From Candidatus Omnitrophota bacterium (lineage in GTDB: Bacteria; Omnitrophota; Omnitrophia; Omnitrophales; Aquincolibacteriaceae), in assembly GCA_043821445.1 (NCBI GenBank), contig JBDRCT010000033.1:5391-69390 (forward strand): a stretch of 64,000 bases of DNA. Reading direction: 5' to 3'. Position numbers and translations under genes: made by a program. The first letter of the stretch is position 1. Every line of letters starts with the position of its first letter. This document shows positions 9,950 to 20,117 of the stretch, piece after piece. The notes under the pieces are model-generated. The model saw only the letters and a list, made by a program, of their open reading frames with translations, made no database searches and was not told where the DNA came from.

Positions 9950-10867
9950 ATGAAGAATATCCTCGTGACGGGCGGTTCCGGTTTTATTGGCTCGAACATC
10001 GTTCTTGAACTCCAATCTCGCCTCCCTGAAGCCAACATTACGGTCCTAGAGGACTTCCGCAGCTCCTGTTTTAAGAACCTCCTCGGCTTTAAGGGCGACC
10101 TGCTGGCTTACGACTGTTCGGACAAGGCCTGGATGAACTGGGCCAAGGGCAAAAAGCTTGACATAATTTACCATATGGCCGCCATCACGGACACGACTAT
10201 CCTCGATGAGCAAAAGATGATGTTTGATAATGTTGAAGGCTTTCGTAATGTCCTCGACCTTGCTGTCGAGAAGAAAGCCTCCGTGGTCTACGCCTCCTCC
10301 GCCGCAACCTATGGCTCGATCGACCGGCCCATCAAAGAATCTGACGCGGGTCACCCTAACAATATTTATGGCTACTCCAAATGGACCATGGACCAGCTTG
10401 CTCCCTCCTATTATGGCAAGACCAAAGTGGTCGGACTGCGGTTCTTCAACGTCTTCGGCCCCCGGGAATATTACAAGGGACATGCTGCCAGCATGATCTA
10501 CCAACTCGCGCTCAAAATGATGGAGGGCCACCGTCCCCGCATTTTTAAATGGGGTGAACAAAAGCGTGATCATATCTATGTCAAAGATGTCGTCACCGCC
10601 ACGCTTATGGCGCACAAGGCCAAGGCGTCCACCGTCATGAACCTCGGCACCGGCCAAGCAACTTCCTTCAATGAGATCGTAGACGCGCTCAATGAAGCGC
10701 TCGGAACAAATCACAAGCCCGATTACTTCGACAATCCCTACAGTTTTTACCAGAACTTCACGCAGGCGGACATGGGCCATCATGAAAAAATGACGGGCTT
10801 CCGCTGCCGCTACACCACTCGCGAAGGCATCCTCGATTACGTCCGGAACTACCTCCTTAAAAAATAA
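9950..10867 (+). CDS. NAD-dependent sugar-nucleotide epimerase/dehydratase (HldD/RfaD-like)
   Basis: N-terminal VTGGSGFIGSNIV Rossmann motif, YGYSK catalytic YxxxK; overall similarity to ADP-L-glycero-D-manno-heptose 6-epimerase. Confidence 0.8.
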   Translation: MKNILVTGGSGFIGSNIVLELQSRLPEANITVLEDFRSSCFKNLLGFKGDLLAYDCSDKAWMNWAKGKKLDIIYHMAAITDTTILDEQKMMFDNVEGFRNVLDLAVEKKASVVYASSAATYGSIDRPIKESDAGHPNNIYGYSKWTMDQLAPSYYGKTKVVGLRFFNVFGPREYYKGHAASMIYQLALKMMEGHRPRIFKWGEQKRDHIYVKDVVTATLMAHKAKASTVMNLGTGQATSFNEIVDALNEALGTNHKPDYFDNPYSFYQNFTQADMGHHEKMTGFRCRYTTREGILDYVRNYLLKK

Positions 10868-10975
10868 ACCCCATTACGGAAGGGTAAATCGCGTAAGAAA
10901 AATCCGTTATTTTTTTCCCGTTCCCCCACCCCTTGTTCTACTTGCTAAAATAAAGGAATCCGCTAGACTGAAGCC

Positions 10976-12028
10976 ATGAAACGCGAACAATTCATCTCTT
11001 TTTTCTTCATCGCTATCCTGGGTTTCATTATTTACGAGGTTTTTAACATCTTCGCGCCGTTCTTCACGGCTATTTTCTGGGCGGCGATCCTCGCGTTCGC
11101 GTTTTATCCTCTCTATGAAAAACTGCGCAAATGGTTCCCTAAACGGAACAATTCTATCGCACTCCTTATGACCGTTGCGGTATTCCTCGTGGTCATTCCC
11201 CCTCTCGTCTTTATTATTATCAACATGACCACACAGATCATCGAATTTTCCCAGTGGGCCTATAGTTATGTCCGCGATGGAAAGCTGGAACAACTGGTCG
11301 ACCAGGTCCGGGAGCTTCCCTGGTTTCAAAATATTCAGTCTCATATCTTCGCATCACAAACGCTCAAAGACAGCCTGTCTTCGTGGTCCCTCGGAACCAC
11401 CAAGACGCTCGGAAACCTCGCCGCGACTCAGGCCGGGGCTTTCACCAAAAACATCTTCTTTATCATTTTGAACGTTTTTTTCATGTCCTTTCTGACCTTC
11501 ATCTTTTTCAAACATGGGGAAAAGATCTACAATTTCATTTACGAGATTGCGCCGTTCGAGAAAGAGACCAAAAAGGCTCTTTTTAAACAGATCCATGAAA
11601 CGTTTGTCGCAGTCATCCGGGGACAGCTCCTGACAAGTGTCACACAAGCGGCCGTGGCGGGCATTACTTTTACAGCTTTGGGGGTCCCACTCCCGCTTTT
11701 TTTCACATTCCTGATCTTCCTGACCTCGCTCATCCCAGTCCTCGGCGCGGCAAGCGTGTGGTTCCCGATCGCAGTCTATCTTTTGATCATGCAGCTCTAC
11801 GGCAAGGCGATCGCTCTTTTCGTGGTGGGTTTTCTCGGGATCAGCTTAATTGATAATTTCATGAAACCGGCAATCATCGGAGAGAGAACCAAACTCCCCT
11901 ATTTTCTTCTTTTCTTTGGGATCATGGGGGGTATGAAATTTTACGGCCTGATGGGGATCTTCCTGGCACCAGCAGTACTTTCGATCTTTTTTGCGTTGAT
12001 CAAGATCTACCGCGAAAAATACGTCTGA
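10976..12028 (+). CDS. AI-2E family transporter (PerM/UPF0118)
   Basis: 350-aa polytopic membrane protein with AI-2E family topology and conserved central loop. Confidence 0.8.
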   Translation: MKREQFISFFFIAILGFIIYEVFNIFAPFFTAIFWAAILAFAFYPLYEKLRKWFPKRNNSIALLMTVAVFLVVIPPLVFIIINMTTQIIEFSQWAYSYVRDGKLEQLVDQVRELPWFQNIQSHIFASQTLKDSLSSWSLGTTKTLGNLAATQAGAFTKNIFFIILNVFFMSFLTFIFFKHGEKIYNFIYEIAPFEKETKKALFKQIHETFVAVIRGQLLTSVTQAAVAGITFTALGVPLPLFFTFLIFLTSLIPVLGAASVWFPIAVYLLIMQLYGKAIALFVVGFLGISLIDNFMKPAIIGERTKLPYFLLFFGIMGGMKFYGLMGIFLAPAVLSIFFALIKIYREKYV

Positions 12029-12039
12029 CCTTCCGGAAT

Positions 12040-12078
12040 ATTTTTCCTTCTTAAAGTCCCCCGCCCCGTCCGACGGGC
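12040..12078. terminator. GC-rich hairpin between convergent AI-2E transporter and pilT genes (candidate bidirectional terminator)
   Basis: GCCCCGTCCGACGGGC-type hairpin in the 77-bp convergent intergenic gap; no clean U-tract. Confidence 0.3.
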
Positions 12079-12105
12079 AAGGCAACCCGGGGAATTGACC
12101 CTCTC

Positions 12106-13212
12106 CTAATCTCCGAGGATCTTTGTCCCCTGACCGATCTGGATGCCTTTCATCAGAGATTGAAGATCTTCCGGCGATGGGCTCGCGGCGATCGCGGTCT
12201 CTTGGCTGATCCGCCCGGTTTTCCAAAGTTCCAAAAGCGACTGGTCCATCGTCTGCATCCCTCCTTCACGGGCATTGCGGATCGCCTGCGGGATCTTGTC
12301 GATCTTTTTTTCGAGGATCAACTGCTTGATCGTATAATTTCCCAAAAGCACCTCGACAGCCGGCACGAGTGTTTTCCCGTCTTTGGCCCCTAAAAGTTTC
12401 TGAACCATAATGCATGATATGTTGGCCGCAAAATAACGTAAGATTGCTTCTCTCTCCGGGGGGGGGAAGAACCCCAAAACGCGATCAAAAACCTGACTCG
12501 CGGATTGGGCGTGAACGGTGGAGATCACAAGCCTCCCTACCTCGGCCGCGGAAAGTGCGAAGCTGAAGGATTCCGCGTCCCGCATCTCACCGATCACGAT
12601 GACGTCGGGAGACTGACGCACCACGTATTTCAGGGCCGAACTAAAACTTTTTGCATCTCGCCCGATCTCGCGCTGCTGAATGAGACACTTTTCGTCTTCG
12701 TGTATATATTCAATAGGGTCTTCGATCGTGAGAATATGTTTCTGGACACTTTCGTTCATGGTCCGGATCATGGCCGCCACTGTGGTGGTCTTCCCGGAAG
12801 AGACCGTCCCCCCGATCAAAACAATACCGGATTTTTCGAGTGCGACCCTTTTTAGAATGGGAGGTAGCCCGAGATCTTCAAAACTCGGCATGCCTCTCCA
12901 AAGCAACCGGAACACCAGGGAGATCTCTCCCTGCTGGAAGAAGGCATTGGCCCGAAAACGGCAGTCTTTTTCGCGAAAGGAGAGGCCAAAATCCACACTT
13001 TTATTTTTTTGAAGGATCTCCTTCTGTAGGAGATCCAGAAGCTCACCCACAAGCTCACGGATCTCTGTTGCAGAAGGCGCCTTCAAGGGTAGCACTATCA
13101 CCTGTCCGCCAAGACGCATACGGGGGGGCGTACCGGCCTTTAAAAAAACGTCCTGCCCTCTTTGTTCAATGACCTTTTCAAGGTAGTATTTCAAGAAAGC
13201 ATTCGTGTCCAT
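12106..13212 (-). CDS. pilT: type IV pilus retraction ATPase PilT (twitching motility)
   Basis: GIVLIGGTVSSGKTTT Walker A, TIEDPIEY, PDVIVIGEMRD, Asp/His boxes; ORF trimmed to MDTNAFLKYY; no other pilus genes adjacent (orphan). Confidence 0.85.
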   Translation of the reverse strand: MDTNAFLKYYLEKVIEQRGQDVFLKAGTPPRMRLGGQVIVLPLKAPSATEIRELVGELLDLLQKEILQKNKSVDFGLSFREKDCRFRANAFFQQGEISLVFRLLWRGMPSFEDLGLPPILKRVALEKSGIVLIGGTVSSGKTTTVAAMIRTMNESVQKHILTIEDPIEYIHEDEKCLIQQREIGRDAKSFSSALKYVVRQSPDVIVIGEMRDAESFSFALSAAEVGRLVISTVHAQSASQVFDRVLGFFPPPEREAILRYFAANISCIMVQKLLGAKDGKTLVPAVEVLLGNYTIKQLILEKKIDKIPQAIRNAREGGMQTMDQSLLELWKTGRISQETAIAASPSPEDLQSLMKGIQIGQGTKILGD

Positions 13213-13295
13213 GAGACTCCTTTCATGCTGTGCACCCTTCAAAGCGGCGATTCATTTTAACAGTCTGACAAGGACACCGCAATAGTCCTTTCGCT

Positions 13296-14774
13296 TTGGA
13301 GAGAAAAATAGGTTTCCTTTTTATAGCGAACTTGGCTATCATGAGAACACTTTTGCTTGAAGGGACACATAAACCTTTGAGGGCGCGCAGCATGAGGATC
13401 ACGGAGAAGACCCCGGTCGGAGAGATTTACAAAAAAGCCTACCAGCTTTACCAACTCCGCATTCTCGCTATTCTCTTCCTCATCCCCCTTTATGTTCTGA
13501 CCTGCAAGTGGGGAAATTTCACGGTCGAAAACCTTTGGCCGCTTTATCTTGTGATCACGATCGAACTCTTCGTAAACCGTCCTTATAAGATCTTTTTCCG
13601 CGATTCCCGATCGGGGACCGAAGCCCTGGTCGGTTCGGTCATTATCGACTTCTTGGCAGAAACAACTGCTTTGCATCTTCTGGGGAACGTGGATCTTTTC
13701 ATTTACACTTCCTGTTTCTTCATCTCCATCGTTTACTGCGCGTTGAATCTACCGACCATCCTGACCCTGCAAATGGCCACGCTTGCCTCGGCCCTTTATG
13801 CGGGGCTGATCGTTCTCGGACGTTTTCATGTTATCCCTAATACCGTCTCGTTCGGCCCCGGCTTGAGTCCGGTCCAGGAAACCGCCATTATCTTCCGGCA
13901 CATCGCTTTCTTTTACTTGATCGCGATCTTTACAGGACTCCTTGCTTCGGCTCTTGTGAAAAAGGACGATCGTCTTGAGGAACTTCTTCGGGAACTCCGA
14001 AAAACAAGCGCTAGCGTCAAGTACGCTTACCACATACAAACCGATTATTTCGCCCGTATGAGCCATGAGATCCGGGCACCGTTGAACTCGATCCTAGGCT
14101 TTTCCCAGCTCTTACTCGAAAGCCAAACCGAACCGCTCACGGAAAAACAAAAGGACTTCCTTTCCCGCGTCGAGCGCAGCGCCAGGCATCTTCGCGAACT
14201 GATCAATGACATCCTTGATCTGTCAAAGATCGAATCCAAAAAAGCGCGGCTGGAACTCCGCGAGATCGAGCTCGTCAAGATCATCCATACAGCGCTCGAA
14301 GTTTTTAATGAAGAAGCTCTCACAAAACGTTTGCTCCTTGGATTTACAAAAAAACCGGCCAGTCTCCGAATCACGGCGGACGAACTCAAGATCAGGCAGG
14401 TGCTCTACAATCTCCTCTCGAACTCTCTCAAATTCACCCGTCAGGGCTTTGTCTCTATCGCCTTGGAAAAAGAGACCGATGGCGGAGCAAGAATCACGGT
14501 CGAAGATTCGGGACCGGGAATTGCCTCGAAAGATCAGGCGGCCATCTTCCAACCTTATGAGGTGACAGGGCGCATGCTTAGTGAGGGCGGCCATAAGGGG
14601 ACAGGATTGGGACTCGCCATCAGCAAACAGTTAGTGGAAATGCACGGCGGAAAAATCTGGGTCGAAAGCGAGTCCGGAAAAGGGGCCCGGTTCGTTGTCA
14701 CACTCCCCCCAACGCCTCCAGCACCGAAGCCCGAGGAAAACGCTTTGCCGGCAGACCCCACCGCGACCGCTTAG
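13296..14774 (+). CDS. membrane sensor histidine kinase
   Basis: N-terminal multi-TM region, HisKA H-box MSHEIRAPLNSILGFSQLL, HATPase_c N/G boxes (LYNLLSNSLKF, DSGPGI, GTGLGLAISKQLV); exact start uncertain. Confidence 0.85.
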   Translation: MERKIGFLFIANLAIMRTLLLEGTHKPLRARSMRITEKTPVGEIYKKAYQLYQLRILAILFLIPLYVLTCKWGNFTVENLWPLYLVITIELFVNRPYKIFFRDSRSGTEALVGSVIIDFLAETTALHLLGNVDLFIYTSCFFISIVYCALNLPTILTLQMATLASALYAGLIVLGRFHVIPNTVSFGPGLSPVQETAIIFRHIAFFYLIAIFTGLLASALVKKDDRLEELLRELRKTSASVKYAYHIQTDYFARMSHEIRAPLNSILGFSQLLLESQTEPLTEKQKDFLSRVERSARHLRELINDILDLSKIESKKARLELREIELVKIIHTALEVFNEEALTKRLLLGFTKKPASLRITADELKIRQVLYNLLSNSLKFTRQGFVSIALEKETDGGARITVEDSGPGIASKDQAAIFQPYEVTGRMLSEGGHKGTGLGLAISKQLVEMHGGKIWVESESGKGARFVVTLPPTPPAPKPEENALPADPTATA

Positions 14775-14792
14775 TACCGCTCGCCAGCAGTG

Positions 14793-15158
14793 CTAGACTT
14801 TTTTCATCCCTTCGCAGTAATGTTGACTTCTCTCTGTTTGCCAACTCAAAGGAAAGTCGCGGCACTGCGCGGGTCTCGCAGCATAGACCGTACATCCGTT
14901 GGCCCCCTCAAAAAGGCATGTCTCATTCGGACGCTTTTTAAGTGCGAGATGCTGCCGATCCATGAGAAGGCATTGCGCTTCCGTGAATTGGTAAATGTCC
15001 ATCTCGAGATACGCGGCAAGACGTTCGGCATCTCCCTCTTTAAGATAGACAAAGCCGGGCTGTCTGCAACAGGCGTTGCAACGCTGGCATTGGAAGGCGG
15101 CCATAGGAAAAGGATAGAGGAAGGATAGAGGATGGGGGATGGCATTAAACGGCTCCAT
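14793..15158 (-). CDS. YkgJ-family (UPF0153) Fe-S/Zn cluster protein
   Basis: CQRCNACCRQPG CxxCxxCC motif plus downstream Cys pair; start uncertain (GTG at 15224 or ATG MEPF at 15158). Confidence 0.6.
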   Translation of the reverse strand: MEPFNAIPHPLSFLYPFPMAAFQCQRCNACCRQPGFVYLKEGDAERLAAYLEMDIYQFTEAQCLLMDRQHLALKKRPNETCLFEGANGCTVYAARPAQCRDFPLSWQTERSQHYCEGMKKV

Positions 15159-15192
15159 CTTCCATCCACCGTCCACCGCCCCGTTTTCGGAG

Positions 15193-15534
15193 TTATTTCC
15201 CGAGTTGTTGTTCGACGAAATCACCGACCACGGGTAATTTGTAACGCTCGCCTTTGTAGGCCTTCACCATCAACACGATCCAGAGTACGATGCTGAGGGG
15301 CCAGAGAAGCAGGTTGGCCAGGACTCCCAGAACCGGAATGAACCCGATTACCAAAGTGATGATGAAAAGACCGAGAAACGTCACGAGAGACTGCATCGCG
15401 TGGAAACGTACGAAAGCGTTTTTCTGCTCAAGTAACAGAAAAACAAGCCCCGTGACCCATCCCAGAGCATAGCAGAAAAGCCCTTCGAGATTCTCCGTGA
15501 CACCCAAAACCGTATTTTTATTTTCGTCTGCCAT
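15193..15534 (-). CDS. DUF4870-family small membrane protein
   Basis: MADENKN... with conserved HAMQSL motif and 3 TM helices typical of DUF4870. Confidence 0.65.
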   Translation of the reverse strand: MADENKNTVLGVTENLEGLFCYALGWVTGLVFLLLEQKNAFVRFHAMQSLVTFLGLFIITLVIGFIPVLGVLANLLLWPLSIVLWIVLMVKAYKGERYKLPVVGDFVEQQLGK

Positions 15535-15555
15535 CTGGAACCCCCTTATTTTTTA

Positions 15556-15602
15556 GTCCCAATACCTATCAATCTCAAACTTTTTGAAATTGGGGCAATC
15601 CT
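15556..15602 (+). repeat. family B repeat, intergenic copy directly upstream of DUF4870 gene start
   Basis: GTCCCAATACCTATCAATCTCAAACTTTTTGAAATTGGGGCAATCC. Confidence 0.55.
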
Positions 15603-15833
15603 TGTCAATCATTTAGAAAAAAATACAAGACAAGGATAGAAGCTCATTGCGGAATATTGTACCTCACTTCCAGGAAAAAACGATACCCTTCTTTCTCTGG
15701 CAAGATTAAAATAGGCCCTGTTCCGCCGACAATGCTTCACATCCCGTGTTGTGAAATATGAGACTTGCATATCATGCGCCGGATGTGGAAGGGGTGGCCA
15801 CTTGCCCCCCTCATTCCAAAAAAGGAGACAGTT

Positions 15834-16229
15834 ATGCCTACCGTTTTCACCAAAATCCTCGCGGGAGAGATCCCCGCCCACAAGATCCTTGAAAATGACG
15901 CATATCTCGCATTCCTTGATATTCGTCCCATAAATCCAGGTCACACGCTCGTCATTCCAAAACAAGAGATCGATTACATCTTTGATATTGAAGATGACCT
16001 TTTGAAAGGACTTGTCGTCTTCGCTAAGAAAGTCGCCAAGGCCCTCGGCAAGACCATCCCCTGTAAGAAGGTCGGCGTGATGGTCGCAGGGCTCGAAGTC
16101 CCCCACGCACACATCCATCTGATCCCGATCATGGAAAGCCTTGCCGAACTTAATTTCGCGCGCGCAAAGGCCATGCCGCAGGAAGAACTCGCTGTGATCG
16201 CTGCAAAGATGCGAGCGAACCTAAGGTAG
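15834..16229 (+). CDS. HIT-family (histidine triad) nucleotide hydrolase
   Basis: HVPHAHIHLIP histidine-triad motif; ORF 15765..16229 trimmed to MPTVFTKILAGEIP with AAGGAG RBS. Confidence 0.85.
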   Translation: MPTVFTKILAGEIPAHKILENDAYLAFLDIRPINPGHTLVIPKQEIDYIFDIEDDLLKGLVVFAKKVAKALGKTIPCKKVGVMVAGLEVPHAHIHLIPIMESLAELNFARAKAMPQEELAVIAAKMRANLR

Positions 16230-16231
16230 GT

Positions 16232-16828
16232 TTAGACGGTTTTTAGGAAAGCCAAGAGGAGTTCGTCGTAGGTGTTCGTGACCGGAAATCTCGGAAATTG
16301 GCGAACGATCTTCTCAGGAGGACGAAAAAGTATCCCCTGGTCGGCGGCCCGGAGCATGGCGATGTCGTTATAGGAATCCCCCGCAGCGGCCACCTTGAAT
16401 CCAAGACTTTGGATCCCCCGCACAGCTTCTCTTTTTCCATTCTTTTGGCGTAAGTGGTAATTCGCAATAAAACCCCTTGGGTCTGTCGAAAGCCAATTGC
16501 AAAAAAGGGTTGGGTATCCCAGTTTTTTCATCATCGGTCCGGCAAATTCGTAATAAGTGTCGGAAAGAACGATCACCTGATATCTTTCCTGAAGTTTTCG
16601 CAAGAATTCCTTCGCCCCCGGAAGCGGATTCATGCGCCTGATCACAGCTTGGATAGTGCAAAGCTTGATCTCCTCTTTCTTCAGGATCGCAAGCCGGTAG
16701 CGCATGAGCTTGTCGTAGTCGGGCTCATCGCGCGTGGTGATCTCCAGCGCTTTGATGCCGGTCTTCCTCGCGACGTTGATCCATATCTCCGGGATCAACA
16801 CACCTTCCAGATCAAGACAACAGATCAT
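16232..16828 (-). CDS. HAD-superfamily phosphoserine phosphatase, ThrH-like
   Basis: N-terminal DLEGVL (DxD-type HAD motif I), motif II/III (VLSDT...AAGDSYNDIAML); overall ThrH/PSP-like. Confidence 0.75.
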   Translation of the reverse strand: MICCLDLEGVLIPEIWINVARKTGIKALEITTRDEPDYDKLMRYRLAILKKEEIKLCTIQAVIRRMNPLPGAKEFLRKLQERYQVIVLSDTYYEFAGPMMKKLGYPTLFCNWLSTDPRGFIANYHLRQKNGKREAVRGIQSLGFKVAAAGDSYNDIAMLRAADQGILFRPPEKIVRQFPRFPVTNTYDELLLAFLKTV

Positions 16829-16946
16829 GTTTTACTCCTCCGATCGGTTCGAGGCGGGAATTATATCCGAACGCGGAATCTTTGAGAAACAATCTTTTGC
16901 GGCATCTTACTTCAAGCAATCGATAATCCCCATGCGAGGACGCGCG

Positions 16947-17774
16947 CTAGGCAAAATGATTCACGGGTCCCACGCCATGCCCGAAGCCGGGACCCGTGCG
17001 AATGGCGCGTGTGATGAACTTTTTGGCAAGTGTGATCGCTGAAAAAAGGTCCTTTCCTTTGGCGAGTTCGGCGGTAATGGCGGCAGAGTACGTGCAGCCG
17101 GTCCCATGCGTATGCCGCGTCCTGATCCGGGGAGCTTTGAATCTATGGATATGCCCTTCGCGCCACAAAAGGTCCATGGCTTCCCCTTTCCGCCACAATG
17201 CGCTGGACGGATCCGTCCTCTGGCGGAGAAGATGGCCTCCTTTGATAAGCACTGCTTGGGGACCGAACCCGGCAATGATCCGCGCGGCTTCCTCCATGGA
17301 TTCCGGATCACGGACCTTGATCCCGCTCAAAACTCCGGCTTCACCAAGATTGGGCGTGACCAAAGCGGCGTAAGGCAGCAGTTCTTTGATAAAAATATGA
17401 ACATCGCTTCGCTTGAAAAGCGGCGCACCGTGCTTGCTCACCATGACCGGATCCACCACGAGAGGAAACCGGAATTTCCTGGCTGCCCTCGCGACCTCCC
17501 GGAGAATCTTTTCATCTCCTAATGCTCCCGTCTTGGCCGCTTGGGGCGGGATGTCCGCAAGCACGGCTTCGAGTTGACGGATCACTTGGGCAGGTTTCAT
17601 GACATAAACGGCCTGGACACCGCGTGTGTTTTGAGCCGTGAGAAGCGTGATCACCGCCATTCCGTAGACCTTATGCTGATGGAAGGTCTTGAGATCGGCT
17701 TGAATGCCAGCTCCGCCTGAAGGATCGGAACCGGCGATGGAAAGTGCTCTCGGGATGAGTGGTGCTGCGTTCAT
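16947..17774 (-). CDS. thiD: hydroxymethylpyrimidine/phosphomethylpyrimidine kinase
   Basis: ALSIAGSDPSGGAGIQADLKT... ThiD/PdxK ribokinase-fold motifs; trimmed to MNAAPLIP. Confidence 0.85.
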   Translation of the reverse strand: MNAAPLIPRALSIAGSDPSGGAGIQADLKTFHQHKVYGMAVITLLTAQNTRGVQAVYVMKPAQVIRQLEAVLADIPPQAAKTGALGDEKILREVARAARKFRFPLVVDPVMVSKHGAPLFKRSDVHIFIKELLPYAALVTPNLGEAGVLSGIKVRDPESMEEAARIIAGFGPQAVLIKGGHLLRQRTDPSSALWRKGEAMDLLWREGHIHRFKAPRIRTRHTHGTGCTYSAAITAELAKGKDLFSAITLAKKFITRAIRTGPGFGHGVGPVNHFA

Positions 17775-17842
17775 TTTATTTTTAGAGGATCGTGGTTCGG
17801 CAGGCATCCTCGATGGAAGTCATCAATTCCATGGGGGGCGCT

Positions 17843-18337
17843 CTACTCGAGGACTTGTTTGAAAAATTTGACGAACATTTCGGGGGTAACGCCAGTTGAA
17901 AGTTGTACGGCCCTGCCAGGCTGGGGCGGGTGAAGGAAAAAAGATGGATATCCGCGGACCCTGTATTGAAACGCGATATCATCCTCGCGTCTCCCGGATT
18001 CGGGATTGATATTGACTTTGATCATGTCCTTCATCATATCTTTGACAAGAGGCGACGACAGCACCCCTTTTTCGAACTTGCGGCAATAAGGGCACCACCT
18101 GACGCTCATATAAACGACCATCGGTCTATTGGTCTGCTTGTATTCTTCGACCGCCTGATCGTACCCGGAAGCACCCTGGTACCAACCCTCGGACCACTGA
18201 CCCGTAGCCGGTGCCCCGGCAGGCGTTGAAACGAATGGTGTGTACGATGCCCGTGGATCTTCGGCGTAGCATTCCGAACCCATGAGTAGAAGAGATAACA
18301 AAAAGAGCGAAACGATTTTTCTAGAATTCACATTCAC
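17843..18337 (-). CDS. secreted thioredoxin-fold protein
   Basis: Signal peptide; WCPYC CxxC active-site motif. Confidence 0.55.
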   Translation of the reverse strand: MNVNSRKIVSLFLLSLLLMGSECYAEDPRASYTPFVSTPAGAPATGQWSEGWYQGASGYDQAVEEYKQTNRPMVVYMSVRWCPYCRKFEKGVLSSPLVKDMMKDMIKVNINPESGRREDDIAFQYRVRGYPSFFLHPPQPGRAVQLSTGVTPEMFVKFFKQVLE

Positions 18338-18345
18338 CCCGTTAG

Positions 18346-18452
18346 AGATAGGAAACGTTTTTAAATAAACGCTTCCGTTTATGGCACAAATGCCCGCCTA
18401 AAGTTCATTCCCCTTCTATGGCAAATCGCCCGCAGAAAAATCTCTAACGGGG
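18346..18452 (+). mobile_element. MITE-like element, TIR family CCCCGTTAGAGATAGGA...TCTCTAACGGGG (copy 1, ~107 bp)
   Basis: Left terminus CCCCGTTAGAGATAGGAA, right terminus TCTCTAACGGGG (exact reverse complement); intergenic. Confidence 0.6.
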
Positions 18453-18615
18453 CAAGCCTCCCGAAATATTTTTTATATTCTAACATGGAGTCTCCCGGAA
18501 AATACGTTTCTTTTCAAACTCTAACCCCCTCATGCATTCGAGCGAGATTGCGAAGACATTTAGCCCTTTAAAAAAGCAGCGAAGTAGCGGGGTTTCTGGA
18601 TCCGAGGCAAACCCT

Positions 18616-19065
18616 TTACACCGTCTGAGCCGACTTCATGAGCCGTTCCAGGAACGAAGCCGTAAACGTCATGACCGCGATCGATAGAAGCGCGATACTA
18701 ATAACAACAACGGTCCAGACGATCTTCGATCGGTGCGAAAATTTCTGACTCTGCCATAAAAGAGGAAAAGCGAACGGACCGATCACGAGAAGCATAACAA
18801 TTACATAAGGAATCGCATCTTCTGAAAAAGTCCGCGGTCGACCTGAGGCAGTCTGGAAAGCATCCAAAGCCGCAGGGATCATCACGGCCAAATAGATCCC
18901 CCCCATTAAAAAGCAGGCCACTGCCGTGTGGCTGATGATCAGACTCACCGCGACCCCGACCCCCATACATAAAAAAGTCCATCCTTTGGCTCGTTCCCCG
19001 AGATAGATCTGACCGAGACCTGGAATAACCAATGAATAAAATAAGGCGAGACGGGGATCTTTCAT
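18616..19065 (-). CDS. hypothetical membrane protein (PGxGQxYLG motif)
   Basis: 149 aa, 4 predicted TM helices, VIPGLGQIYLGE motif near N-terminus. Confidence 0.5.
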   Translation of the reverse strand: MKDPRLALFYSLVIPGLGQIYLGERAKGWTFLCMGVGVAVSLIISHTAVACFLMGGIYLAVMIPAALDAFQTASGRPRTFSEDAIPYVIVMLLVIGPFAFPLLWQSQKFSHRSKIVWTVVVISIALLSIAVMTFTASFLERLMKSAQTV

Positions 19066-20117
19066 GCAGGGGCTTGAGTTCCGGTAGGTATTATTTTCTT
19101 TTCAAGGAATTTTCCGCTCCGTTCGATCTGGAATACTTGTACTTCCCCATCTTTTTGGGCCAGGATCGCACGGTAATAGTTCTTCCAGCCGTCGAGCAGA
19201 AAGTTATTCTGTTTGAGCAGGATATCCCCCGGCAAAAATCCTTCCCGTGCTGCCGGAGAACCGGCGCGCACCTCTGTGATCTTAAATCGGAGTGTTTTGG
19301 GATCACGCTCCACACGGAATCCCATATGGGGCGCATCGGAATTCAGAAAAAAAATGCTCACTGGCAATTCCATTTCTCCCTCCTCACGAAGGATCGTGAA
19401 TTTCTTGAGGGATTCGCCCTGAACATTCAAAAAGAACCCGAAGAGATTCCCGGGCGTCACGTCCTGACCCGCGATCTTCAAGAGAACATCCCCATTGCGG
19501 AGCCCCTGTTCGTAAGCAAGCGTTGAGGGATCGGCCCCTGCAATGAAATAATGCGCCGTCTTGTCATCATAATGAAGATCGCAACCCAAGATCACGCTTT
19601 TGATGGCCGGAAACTTCGCCTCCACAAGCCGTTCATGAATATTCTTGCCCAGCAGTCCTTCGAACCTGCCGCGAGACCCGTCCTTCTTCCGGAAGCCCTT
19701 GGATGAAAAACCGGTTTTCCTTTTAAAATAGGCTCGGATCCCCACGACGGTCATAGTCGGATCTTTTTCCACAATGCCGATCTCGAGCGCGCAAAACCCG
19801 CTTGAGGACAGGCTTGGGGCTTTGGCCCACTCTTTATACTCTTTTTTATACAGAGGAAATGTCGCGGATTGGATATAACCACGGGCTTTGTCGGCCGTGG
19901 CGAGCGGAATCTTCTCAGCCTCCAGCGTCGCGAGCGTGGCGTTCCAGACCTCTTCAAAATTCCCGGGCAACGGGAACGAGCGGCCTTCGGACTTCGAGGA
20001 AGAGAGGGAAAATCCGGAAAAAAGAAGGCATAAAAAAAGCAGGCCGCAAAGTTCCCACGGCCTGCTTTTTTTAAAAGAAAGAACGGATCCCAAAGAATTA
20101 ACGCTCGAGCGTCTCAC
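19062..20117 (-). CDS. PDZ-domain lipoprotein
   Basis: Lipoprotein-like signal peptide; C-terminal PDZ domain (GSPAAREGFLPGDILLKQNN); 4-nt overlap with downstream gene. Confidence 0.6.
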   Translation of the reverse strand: MRRSSVNSLGSVLSFKKSRPWELCGLLFLCLLFSGFSLSSSKSEGRSFPLPGNFEEVWNATLATLEAEKIPLATADKARGYIQSATFPLYKKEYKEWAKAPSLSSSGFCALEIGIVEKDPTMTVVGIRAYFKRKTGFSSKGFRKKDGSRGRFEGLLGKNIHERLVEAKFPAIKSVILGCDLHYDDKTAHYFIAGADPSTLAYEQGLRNGDVLLKIAGQDVTPGNLFGFFLNVQGESLKKFTILREEGEMELPVSIFFLNSDAPHMGFRVERDPKTLRFKITEVRAGSPAAREGFLPGDILLKQNNFLLDGWKNYYRAILAQKDGEVQVFQIERSGKFLEKKIIPTGTQAPA